From positions 1 to 64,000 of the forward strand of contig OY970061.1 in assembly GCA_963705255.1 (NCBI GenBank): a stretch of DNA of 64,000 nt. The letters run 5' to 3'. The notes beneath the pieces are model-generated. The model saw nothing but the letters and a program-made list of their open reading frames with translations, was not told the origin of the DNA and made no database searches. A program made the translations under genes and the position numbers. Positions 31,421-41,141 of the stretch are shown here, piece by piece; the first letter of the stretch is position 1, and each line of letters opens with the position of its first letter. Origin of the DNA: an uncultured Methanoregulaceae archaeon. Its GTDB lineage: Archaea; Halobacteriota; Methanomicrobia; Methanomicrobiales; Methanospirillaceae.

Positions 31421-32889
31421 TAACTCATCCGGCGCTGAAAAAAAGGCTCTACCAGTCAATGGCAGTCCTTGCCATCCTCGTAACTACCCTGGTTGCAACC
31501 GGTTCTACCGTGTACTGTCTTACTCACGGTATCTATGACATTTTCCCGTTTCTCTATTTTATGCCCCTCATCCTTTTCGTCTATTTCTATCCCCAGAGGG
31601 GTGTCCTTTTCTCACTTTTCATAAGCACCATCTATCTCCTGCTGGTCTATTCGTTCAGTAATTTTGACCCGTCCCTGCTGGCGGTGTCCACGGCATGGTT
31701 CGTGATCTTTATTACCATCGGTGTCGTCACGTCGTCGTTTGCCGAGGAACTCAGGGCCGAGGAGAAGAAATACCGGGGAATCTTTGAGAACTCGCAGGCA
31801 GGAATTTTCACGTTCGATCTTGTCACCCTCCGTATCGGGGAGATCAATGCCAAGTGTGCACGGATGCTGAAATACGAGACGGATGAACTGACCGGCAGGG
31901 ACATCTCCCGGATCCTGCCCGGATCGGCCGGGCGCGATTCTTTTATTGAGAAGATCCGGGAAAATATGCTGTCCGGGGATGTCGAACTCCTCTTCCAGAC
32001 CCGGGACGGGGAAGTCCGCCAGTTTCTTGTCTCTGCCTCGCTCGGCGAAGGCAGCGCGGTGATATGTTCCGCTATCGACATTACCGACCGGCGGCTTGCC
32101 GAGAAGGTTATCCAGAAAGCACGGTACGACCTGGAGCAGCGGGTTACTGAGCGGACCGAAGAGCTCCTGAAAGCCAACAGTATCCTCAAAGCCGAGATCC
32201 AGGAGCGCAAACGTTTCGAAAATGCGATCCAGCTCGCCAACCGCAAGCTCAGTACCCTCTCCGCCATCACCCGTCACGATATTCTCAACCAGATCACGGC
32301 AATCGTGATGTACCTGTCTCTTGCCGAAGATACGATCACGGATCCCGGCGCGATCGAATACCTCAGGAAGACCGAGTACATCATCCAGCTGATCCAGAAA
32401 CAGATACGGTTTACCCGCGATTACCAGACTATCGGAGCACGTCCGCCCCGCTGGCAGAGCCTGCATGAGGTGGTCGGGCGTGCCATCCAGAACATTGACC
32501 CTGGCCGTGTGAGGGTGGAAAAAGACCTCGGAATTGCAGAGATTTATTCGGACTACCTTTTCGCCAAGGTGTTCGTTAACCTTGTTGATAATTCCCTCCG
32601 CCATGGAGGGAACGTCACGGTCTGCAGGTTCCTGTTCCAGGAGACGGGCTCCGGTGCAGAGATTGTGTACGAGGATAACGGCATCGGCATCCCGGCAGGC
32701 GCGAAAGAGAAGATCTTCAGACGCGAATATTACCGGAACACCGGGTATGGGCTCTTCCTCGCGCAGGAGATCCTCAGCATCACGGGCATGACCATACGGG
32801 AGAGCGGGGAACCGGAAAAAGGTGCCCGTTTCGTGATCCACGTCCCCAAAGAAGTATACCGTCTCGCAAAGGACGGAGATGACGCATGA
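31417..32889 (+). CDS. Membrane PAS sensor histidine kinase
   Basis: Four TMs, PAS, TRHDILN, NLVDNS, EDNGIGI and GYGL. Confidence 0.9.
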   Translation: MITHPALKKRLYQSMAVLAILVTTLVATGSTVYCLTHGIYDIFPFLYFMPLILFVYFYPQRGVLFSLFISTIYLLLVYSFSNFDPSLLAVSTAWFVIFITIGVVTSSFAEELRAEEKKYRGIFENSQAGIFTFDLVTLRIGEINAKCARMLKYETDELTGRDISRILPGSAGRDSFIEKIRENMLSGDVELLFQTRDGEVRQFLVSASLGEGSAVICSAIDITDRRLAEKVIQKARYDLEQRVTERTEELLKANSILKAEIQERKRFENAIQLANRKLSTLSAITRHDILNQITAIVMYLSLAEDTITDPGAIEYLRKTEYIIQLIQKQIRFTRDYQTIGARPPRWQSLHEVVGRAIQNIDPGRVRVEKDLGIAEIYSDYLFAKVFVNLVDNSLRHGGNVTVCRFLFQETGSGAEIVYEDNGIGIPAGAKEKIFRREYYRNTGYGLFLAQEILSITGMTIRESGEPEKGARFVIHVPKEVYRLAKDGDDA

Positions 32890-32944
32890 TCCCGTCCATG
32901 TGGAAAAATTTCCCCGAAACGGGAGGTCTTGCCCGGGCCGGTGC

Positions 32945-33709
32945 TCAAATGCTCTTTTTAAGGCCGCTTGCATCCCGAAGGTAATGCCCGAACTCACCCT
33001 TCTGGAGGAGGTCACCGGAAAATACCGGGCCGTCTTTGCAGGTCCGGAGCCCCGAAGGATCGATGCAGCAGGACCCGCAGACTCCAACGCCGCATTTCAT
33101 GTACCGGTGGAGAGAGAATTCTGTTTTGTGGGCAATCCCTTTTTCCGCAACTTTTGCCAGAACTGCCCTCATCATGACCTCGGGACCGCAGACCGCGATC
33201 CGGTCGTACGCCCCGAGGTTGAGTTCGTCCATCAAGTCTGTCACAAAACCGTGGTGACCCTGGGAGCCGTCATCGGTTGCGATCAGGACGTCCGTGCACT
33301 CGTCCAGCTGGTCGAGGAAGAGAAGCTCGGACTCGGTCCGCGCCCCGAGCAGGAGCGTCATGATGCAATCGGCTCTCGCAAGGGGGAGGAGCGGGGCGGC
33401 CCCGACGCCCCCGGCAATTGCAAGAACTCTCTCACCTCTCGAAAACCCGTTCCCAAACGGGCCGCGGATGCCGATCGTGTTCCTGGGTTTGAGCCCGAAA
33501 AGGGCGGCCGTGGCATCGCCGACCTTCTGTACGGTGATGCTGTTTGGTGACGACAGGGCCATGGGAATTTCGTCAACACCGGGGACCCAGACCATGACGA
33601 ACTGCCCCGGTGAGAACGTGAACGTCCTGTCAAGGAAGAACGTGCGTACCTGCAGTGTCTCTTTTTTCACCCGGACAATTGCGACGGTCTCCGGTATTCC
33701 TTCATCCAT
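32945..33709 (-). CDS. pyrK: Dihydroorotate dehydrogenase electron transfer subunit
   Basis: PGQFVMVW, RGPFGNGF, AGGVG and CGVGVCGSC. Confidence 0.93.
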   Translation of the reverse strand: MDEGIPETVAIVRVKKETLQVRTFFLDRTFTFSPGQFVMVWVPGVDEIPMALSSPNSITVQKVGDATAALFGLKPRNTIGIRGPFGNGFSRGERVLAIAGGVGAAPLLPLARADCIMTLLLGARTESELLFLDQLDECTDVLIATDDGSQGHHGFVTDLMDELNLGAYDRIAVCGPEVMMRAVLAKVAEKGIAHKTEFSLHRYMKCGVGVCGSCCIDPSGLRTCKDGPVFSGDLLQKGEFGHYLRDASGLKKSI

Positions 33710-34589
33710 GGGCGCACCCCACGATCTTCCCGGGACTGACCCCGTCCTTTGCATAGAGATCCCCTGCGATTGTCTCAAATACCTTCACATCATCGATCAC
33801 TGCGCTCCCGATCTCCACGGCACATGCTCCCGCCATCATCATCTCGATGACATTGTCCGCGGTCGAGATCCCGCCGCAGCCGATGACCGGAATTTTCACC
33901 GCGTCATACAGCTGGTACACGCACCTGACTGCTATAGGAAAGATCGCTCTTCCGGAAAGGCCTCCGAACCTGTTGCCCAGCACAGGACGGCGCATACCCG
34001 TCGAAATCCGCATGGCTTTTACCGTGTTGATCGCCACGATCGCGCTGGCCCCGCCGGCTTCGGCTGCTTTTCCAATCGCAGTGATATCCGTCACGTTCGG
34101 GGTGAGTTTTACCCACGTCGGAACGCCGGTCCTGCTCACCGCCCGGGTGCAGGCTTTAACAAGTCCGGGGTCAGAACCGACCGCTGCCCCGTATCCTTCG
34201 GCATGGGGACACGAGAGGTTCAGTTCAAAGCCGGCTACTTTCCCGGAGAACCAGCCGGCTACTTCTGCAAATTCCTCCGGGCCCCCGCCAAAAATGCTTG
34301 CGATGACCGGCTTTTTTGCAAGCGGGGCGATTTCATCAACAAACTCTTTTGACGGGTTGGGAAGGCCCATTGCATTGAGGACCCCGCCATCCAGTACGAC
34401 AAGACACGGTCCGGCATGCCCTTCTTTCGGGCGGGGGCCGATTGACTTTGTCACGACGCCACCGGCTCCTGAAAGAAGCATCCGCGAGAGCGATGACCCG
34501 GTTGTACCTAACACCCCGGCAGCCAGCAGCAGGTGATTATTGAGGGCAACTCCTCCAACCGTGACCGGGCCTGGCCTGATCGATACCAT
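33702..34589 (-). CDS. pyrD: Dihydroorotate dehydrogenase (family 1B)
   Basis: NAMGLPN, ELNLSCPH, VKLTPN and GGLSG. Confidence 0.95.
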   Translation of the reverse strand: MVSIRPGPVTVGGVALNNHLLLAAGVLGTTGSSLSRMLLSGAGGVVTKSIGPRPKEGHAGPCLVVLDGGVLNAMGLPNPSKEFVDEIAPLAKKPVIASIFGGGPEEFAEVAGWFSGKVAGFELNLSCPHAEGYGAAVGSDPGLVKACTRAVSRTGVPTWVKLTPNVTDITAIGKAAEAGGASAIVAINTVKAMRISTGMRRPVLGNRFGGLSGRAIFPIAVRCVYQLYDAVKIPVIGCGGISTADNVIEMMMAGACAVEIGSAVIDDVKVFETIAGDLYAKDGVSPGKIVGCAHG

Positions 34590-34862
34590 TCATCAGGAAA
34601 TGGTCGTTATTTATTATAAAGAGCATCTTTTTTTAGGTGGATAAAATAACCCAGTGTTCGTTCCGGATTCTGTTGCATCTGCGGGACGTTTAAATAGTGA
34701 ATATTGATGGGTTACGACGATATCATTTCCATTAGGTCTCGTTAACGCAATAGCACCTTCATGAGAAAGAGTTAGATTGGTCAACGCGCGATTCAGATAC
34801 TTCTTATTCTTGAAGTTATACTTTAGATTGATTCAAAATTTTACGATAAAAAAGAGGTCAAA

Positions 34863-36041
34863 ATGTCAAATCAAGACATTCTCTATGAATTATGGATTAG
34901 TAAATACAAGCATTGTGATTCTATAACTCTTGGTCAAATAGAAGACTTTGCAATAGAGAACCGGCCCTCATTGAAATCATGGGATCGAAAAGTTATCCCA
35001 ACTTTCAGTGGCTTAAATTACGCAGTCTTGAAGTTTATCCTTGAATATTGTTCTCCAGTGAATTGGCCGGATGGATTATGGGACGAATTTCAGCAGGCAG
35101 CACATCCAAAAAAAAGTAAATATTTGATATGGCGAAAATACCCAACGCTTACAGTTAATATCAATAATGTAAAAAATACAAGGGTTTTGGAAAAATCATC
35201 AAGAACATCGATGATAACGTCAGATGCAACTATTCAAAAAACCGATAGTGTAGTATCTATTAAAGAGACTGACGATTTGCGCAGATTCACTGAATATATA
35301 GTAGCCAAAATTGACCTGATCGAATGCTCTGCTGGTACGGGTTGGACCGCACTTCTTTCAACATATCAATGGCCACCGGGTAAAGGGAGTTACGCTTCAG
35401 GAATTGAGATTCGGAGGCACTTCCATTTTCTTGTTAATGATGCATCTGAAGCAAAAGGGAAAGGAGCAAAGACATACCGCCAAGGAATATTCAACGCTAT
35501 TTCCGGATGGGCTGGAATTAAGGATAAATTTGGTGATGAAGATAGCAACCAAATTTTTTCAACTGTTAAATATCTAAAAAGGGTTTCAAGACAAAACGAA
35601 ATCGATATTAGCCAAATCTTTGATAGGAGAATTTCAACAACATCAAAGATTTACTACTTTAGTGATCCCTTGAACTGGACTATCTACGATTCTCGTGTAG
35701 CTTTTGCACTTTGCAACCTCGCCAATCTTTTCAAACACGATGATCTTGCAACATATTCACGTCTTGGTTCTATGATTCAGTTTCCAGTACCGAGAAACGA
35801 TCAAGAAAGAGAAAATCCTGATATTCCATGGAGTAATCGTTTAGCTGCAGCGTCGTTTGTCCGTGCGAGTTTCATTCTTCGAAACATAACAACAATTTTG
35901 AATGCGCGTCGGGTTTCACCACCTCAAATCGGGATCTTTTCATCCAATTCATGGGAATTATATCACGTGGAAATGGTGCTATTCATAATTGGGAAGGATT
36001 GTGGAATTATCACGAATAATACGACGAAAAGCGTTGAATAA
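34863..36041 (+). CDS. AT-rich hypothetical protein with a C-terminal helix-hairpin-helix/OGG-fold glycosylase-like domain
   Basis: ISGWAGI, RISTTSKIYYF, IYDSRVAFAL and VEMVLF motifs. Confidence 0.6.
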   Translation: MSNQDILYELWISKYKHCDSITLGQIEDFAIENRPSLKSWDRKVIPTFSGLNYAVLKFILEYCSPVNWPDGLWDEFQQAAHPKKSKYLIWRKYPTLTVNINNVKNTRVLEKSSRTSMITSDATIQKTDSVVSIKETDDLRRFTEYIVAKIDLIECSAGTGWTALLSTYQWPPGKGSYASGIEIRRHFHFLVNDASEAKGKGAKTYRQGIFNAISGWAGIKDKFGDEDSNQIFSTVKYLKRVSRQNEIDISQIFDRRISTTSKIYYFSDPLNWTIYDSRVAFALCNLANLFKHDDLATYSRLGSMIQFPVPRNDQERENPDIPWSNRLAAASFVRASFILRNITTILNARRVSPPQIGIFSSNSWELYHVEMVLFIIGKDCGIITNNTTKSVE

Positions 36042-36130
36042 TGTCAACAGCTAACAAGTGAGAATTTTGCTGATTAATTCACCTGATTCGAGGCTTGTAT
36101 TTATTATTAGCATACCCATATTGGTACCAG

Positions 36131-36997
36131 ATGGCGCGCCTTGCAGTAGTGGGGGTCGGACGTGTCGGGGGCGAGGTTGCGTATCTTGCGGCGTCCCAGG
36201 GCATCGCGGACGAACTGGTCCTCTATGACAGCGCACCCGACATGCTGCAGGCGCAGGTGCTCGATATCAGGCACACCGGTATTGATGTCGCGATCGGCAC
36301 TGACATACAGGAGATACAGACTGCAGACGTCTGTGTTTTTTCCGCGGGACTTCCGAGGACCCCTTCGGTAAAGACCCGTGCTGATCTGCTTGCTGCCAAC
36401 ATACCGGCGACACGGGAATTTGCAGGAATGCTGAAGGGGTTTTCCGGCATCCTCATAACGGTTACCAACCCGATGGACATCAATAATTATTATCTCTGGA
36501 AGAAGACCGGCATGCCCCGGGAGCACTGCATCGGCTTTGGCGGCCAGCTCGACAGCGCCCGGTTCGGTATCGCGCTCCGCGAGAGGAAGATCGATGGTCT
36601 GCCATTTGTCCTTGGCGAACACGGAGAGCACCAGGTGCCGGCCTTTTCCCGGCTTGACCAGCCGGTTGAAGTTCCGGTCCGGGAAGAGATCCTATCAGGG
36701 CTCCGGGGCATCAGCATGGAAGTGATACGGGGCAAGGGAGGCAGCGTCTTCGGCCCGGCATTCCACATTGCCCGCCTCATCCGGATGATCGTGTCAGATA
36801 CCCGGGAACTGGCAGCATGCTCAGCGGTGCTGGAAGGCGAATATGGCGTGAGCGGTTGTTCCCTCGGCGTCCCGGTCCGGGTCGGCCGCGACGGTATCCT
36901 GGCGATCGAGGAATGGGAGCTGGATGCATGGGAATCCGGGAAGATGAACGAAGCCGGTACGTTTGCACGGAATCTCTGTGGACAGGTGGTCTCCTGA
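36131..36997 (+). CDS. Lactate/malate dehydrogenase-family protein
   Basis: VVGVGRVG, AGLPR..TRADL, VTNPMD, LDSARF and LGEHG. Confidence 0.92.
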   Translation: MARLAVVGVGRVGGEVAYLAASQGIADELVLYDSAPDMLQAQVLDIRHTGIDVAIGTDIQEIQTADVCVFSAGLPRTPSVKTRADLLAANIPATREFAGMLKGFSGILITVTNPMDINNYYLWKKTGMPREHCIGFGGQLDSARFGIALRERKIDGLPFVLGEHGEHQVPAFSRLDQPVEVPVREEILSGLRGISMEVIRGKGGSVFGPAFHIARLIRMIVSDTRELAACSAVLEGEYGVSGCSLGVPVRVGRDGILAIEEWELDAWESGKMNEAGTFARNLCGQVVS

Positions 36998-39466
36998 TGG
37001 CTTCGCAGGCACAGTCGCCGGATGCGTGCACCAGCGCCCCCTGCCCACCCGAAGCTTCTGACGGGCTGGTCCTTGCCATCAACCAGGTGGAATACAGCAA
37101 TGCACCGGGCGGTCCGCTGATCCACATCTTCGGGAGGGATGCAAAAGGAAGGGCAATCCGGGTTGAGGTCACCGGTTTCATGCCGTATTTTTATGTACCG
37201 GCCGATCAGGCCGAGACCGTTCCGCTTCCTTCGCAGGCCACGCTCGAGACGGGGACGCTCTACCGCTCGATCAGGGACGAACCGCTCCGCCGTCTCTATA
37301 CCCAGCGCCCGTCCGATGTCAGGGACGTGCGCGACCGCTACCGGCACTTCGAAGCCGACATCCCGTTTGCCACACGGTTCATGATCGATACCGGCCTGAC
37401 CGGAGGCGTATCGGTCTCCTCCGCCTCAGTTGACTATCACGATATCCGGCCTGCCGAGGTCGATGCTCCCGCACGCGTCTGCATGGTGGATATCGAATGC
37501 GAAGATGAACGCGGTTTTCCTGACCCCCAGCGGGACAAGATCATCTGCATCACCTGCTTCGACTCGTTTGACAATGACTATACCACGTTCCTTCTGTCCG
37601 GGGCCGGCCCGTCCCCGGATATCACCGCAAAGGAACGGGAAGGCGGGCTTGCCAACGGATGTTTCCGGAAAGGGACGCACACCATCTGCACGTATGCGGA
37701 TGAGACCGCCATGCTCCGGGCGTTTGCCGCTTATATCCTCGAACGTGATCCGGATGTCCTCTCCGGCTGGAACTTTGTCGAGTTCGACATGCCATATATC
37801 CGGGGAAGGATGGAGAAACTGGGACTGCGGCCGGATTCCCTTGCCCGCATCCCGGGACAGACTGAGCGCAACGCGCTGAGGGGGAGGGCACTCTTCGATC
37901 TCCTGACTGCATACAAGAAGATGCACTCCAATCTCAAGGAGTCATACCGGCTCGATGCAGTGGCCATGGATGAGCTGGGCGAGCAGAAGGTCCGTTATAC
38001 CGGCACGATTTCGGACCTCTGGAAGAAAGAACCGGCACTCCTTGTCGAGTACAACTTCAAGGATGTGGAACTCTGCGTAGCGATAAACAAAAAGGACAAT
38101 ATCATCGAGTTCTACCGGGAGATTGCCCGCTATGTCGGATGCCCGCTGGACAAGACCCTGAACTCCTCAAGTGTCATCGATGTATACGTTCTCAGGAAAG
38201 CCTACGGCCGGTATGTCCTGCCCTCCAAAGGGTTTGCAAATGCCGAAGAGTTCGAGGGCGCTACGGTGTTTGAGCCGAGCAAAGGGGTGAGGGAGAACGT
38301 GGTCGTGCTCGACCTCAAGTCGCTCTACCCCATGGCCATGATGACGATCAATGCCTCCCCGGAAACCAAAGACAAGGACGGGGAGCTCCGGGCTCCCAAC
38401 GGGATCCGGTTCCGGAAGCAGCCTGACGGGCTGACCCGGAGCATCATCGCCGATCTCCTGAAAGAGCGCGATGAGAAAAAACGCCTGCGCAATTCCTTTC
38501 CCTTCGGATCTCCCCAGTATATCGTCTATGACATGCAGCAGAATGTACTCAAGGTGATCATGAACACCTACTACGGCGTTTCGGGGTATACCCGGTTCCG
38601 CCTCTTCGACCGGGAGATCGGGTCAGCGGTTACGTCGGTCGGCAGGGCGATCATCGAACACACCCGGAGCGTGATCGAGGAGCAGGGATACAAGGTCATC
38701 TATGGCGATACGGATTCCTGCATGGTGCAGCTCCCGCCGCTTGGACGTGAACAGACGATCGAAGTGGCCCGCACCATAGAAAAACGCCTTAACGGGAGCT
38801 ATTCTGCCTTTGCGAAGAACGAACTCAACGCCGATACCCATTTCTTCTCCATCAAGTTCGAGAAGATCTATGCACGGTTTTTCCAGGCCGGCAAGAAGAA
38901 ACGCTACGCGGGCTCCCTTGTCTGGAAAGAGGGAAAAGACGTCAAAGAGACCGATATCGTGGGATTTGAAATAAAACGAAGCGACACCCCGCAGATTACG
39001 AAGATAGTGCAGATGAAGGTGATGGAGATGATCCTTGCAGGCGAGGACTACCAGGGGATCAAGAGTTATCTCTCTGACGTGATCAAAAAGTACCGGGCGG
39101 GAAAATACTCGCTGGATGAAGTCGGCATTCCCGGCGGGATCGGGAAGTCTCTCGACGATTATGACAACGATGATGCACAGGTCCGGGGCGCGAAGTACGC
39201 GAACGAGAACCTCCACACGGAGTTTGGTAAAGGCAGCAAGCCAAAGAGAGTCTACATCAGGACCGTGACGTCAAAATATCCCAAGACGGATGTGCTCTGT
39301 TTTGAGTATGCAGACCAGGTCCCGCCGGAATTTGTCGTGGACTGGGAACTGATGCTGGAAAAGACCATCAAGCAGCCAATCTCGAGGATCATCGAGGCAC
39401 TCGGATGGCAGTGGAACGATGTCGACCCCTCGCGGACAACGCTCGCCCAGTGGGGGTCTCGGGTAG
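36997..39466 (+). CDS. polB: Family B DNA polymerase; an extra G near 39455 causes read-through to 39585
   Basis: ExoI DIEC, DLKSLYP, KVIMNTYYG and YGDTDS; the corrected end is RTTLAQWGLG*. Confidence 0.95.
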
Positions 39467-39730
39467 GATCCCGGTTTTTGCAACCTTCTGCTCCTACGTT
39501 GTGCCGGAGTACTGCATCCATTATCCTCCCCACCGGTTATTTTTTATCAGGCCCGGTACTGTCACCAATCCCCTGTAATTTATAAAATTCCTATACCCAA
39601 TCACTTTTTACGTTTGGAACCGGAATAGCTATCGTATTTATCAGATGTTCCGGGATTTGAAATTCACGTCAGAATAGCGCTGGTCGATGGCGGGAATGTT
39701 TTTATCGATGCAGAGAAAGGGGAGATACCG

Positions 39731-41089
39731 ATGACGAATGAGAAAGTATTTGTAGACCGGGAGGAGAGCCTGGTCGACCTCTGGCTCTTCATCATCGTCA
39801 ATACCACGGTTCTTGCATTAATGATCAACATCCTCAGCCTCCATTACGGTAACAACCCGGTCGCCCCCCATCTCCTGTACATCCCGGTTGTGATCGCAGC
39901 CTATTGGTACCCTCACCGGGGACTGCTCTTTGCCGGTCTGATCTCTGCAGTCTACCTTGGCATGGTCTGGTTCTTCTCCATGGGATCTCCTGAGTATTTC
40001 ACAGCGGCATTCATCATCTGTATTGTCCTGATCGGAGTTGCAGCTGTTGTGACCAACCTCTCTTCCCACATGCGCAGGAACGAAGTAAAGTACCGAAGCC
40101 TTTTCAACCATTCCGAATCGGGAATCGGGCTGATCGATCTCGCCACGCTGTCGATCCGGGAAGGAAACAAGCGTTTTGCCTCCATCCTCGGGTATGAGCA
40201 CACCGGACTTGCTCAAATCCCCTTTGCCGATCTCTGGATGGAGCCCGAATCAAAAGACCTCTTTCTCCAGGCACTCAGGAACCATGGCAGCGTTGAGAAC
40301 CTTGCGACACAATTCCACTCCAAGACGAGAGGTCCGCGCTGGGTCCTCATCTCTGCGGGAATACTGCCTGACAACCAGTTTGTTGTCACCCTCGTCGATA
40401 TTACCGACCGGAAATCTGCCGAAGAGGCACTGCTGATCAAGGACCATGCCATCAGTTCCTCCATCAACGCCATCGCGATCCTTGACCTTGACCTGAACAT
40501 CACGTATGTTAATCACTCACTTCTCCGGATGATGGAATACCCCAATGAAACGGAGATCATCAGGAAAAACACCCGGCACCTTATGGCCTCCCGCCAGGTG
40601 TTCGAGGAGATCCGGGACCAGTTGCCGGACAAGGGAACCTGGTTTGGGGAAGTCACCCTGCTGAAATACAACGGGAGCCCGTTTCATGTCCAGTTCTATG
40701 CCAACCTGGTACGGGATGAGGCGGGAAAGCCGGTCTGCGTGATGTTCTGGTTCATTGACATCACTGACAGGAAACAGATGGAAGTCGCAAAACGCACAGC
40801 GCTCGAACAGGTGGAGAAGAACATCGAGCAGTTTGCTATCCTTGGCGATCATATCCGCAACCCGCTCGCGGTGATTGTCGGTCTGTCAAGCCTGGCACCC
40901 GGTGATATCACTGACAAGATCATCCTGCAGGCCCGGGAGATCGACCGGATCATCACCCAGCTGGATATGGGCTGGATCGAGTCCGAGAAGGTCCGCGAAT
41001 TCATCAAGCGTTACTATATGGTAGGTACTGCGGAAGAAGCCGGGACAGCTGAGAGTTCCGGTGCGGCAGCGATCCCTGACAAAAAATAA
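39731..41089 (+). CDS. Membrane PAS-PAS protein with an HisKA-like helix but no HATPase
   Basis: TMs with LYIPVVIAAYWYPHRG, two PAS domains and DHIRNPLAVI. Confidence 0.8.
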   Translation: MTNEKVFVDREESLVDLWLFIIVNTTVLALMINILSLHYGNNPVAPHLLYIPVVIAAYWYPHRGLLFAGLISAVYLGMVWFFSMGSPEYFTAAFIICIVLIGVAAVVTNLSSHMRRNEVKYRSLFNHSESGIGLIDLATLSIREGNKRFASILGYEHTGLAQIPFADLWMEPESKDLFLQALRNHGSVENLATQFHSKTRGPRWVLISAGILPDNQFVVTLVDITDRKSAEEALLIKDHAISSSINAIAILDLDLNITYVNHSLLRMMEYPNETEIIRKNTRHLMASRQVFEEIRDQLPDKGTWFGEVTLLKYNGSPFHVQFYANLVRDEAGKPVCVMFWFIDITDRKQMEVAKRTALEQVEKNIEQFAILGDHIRNPLAVIVGLSSLAPGDITDKIILQAREIDRIITQLDMGWIESEKVREFIKRYYMVGTAEEAGTAESSGAAAIPDKK

Positions 41090-41141
41090 CCGGCCAACCT
41101 TGTTACCCGGCCGGTTTAAAAACCCTGCCCCGCGTTTCCGG

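Noticed and set aside
39467-39585. Novel C-terminal extension of PolB
   Set aside because: Arises from one extra G in a G-run; the corrected protein ends QWGLG*
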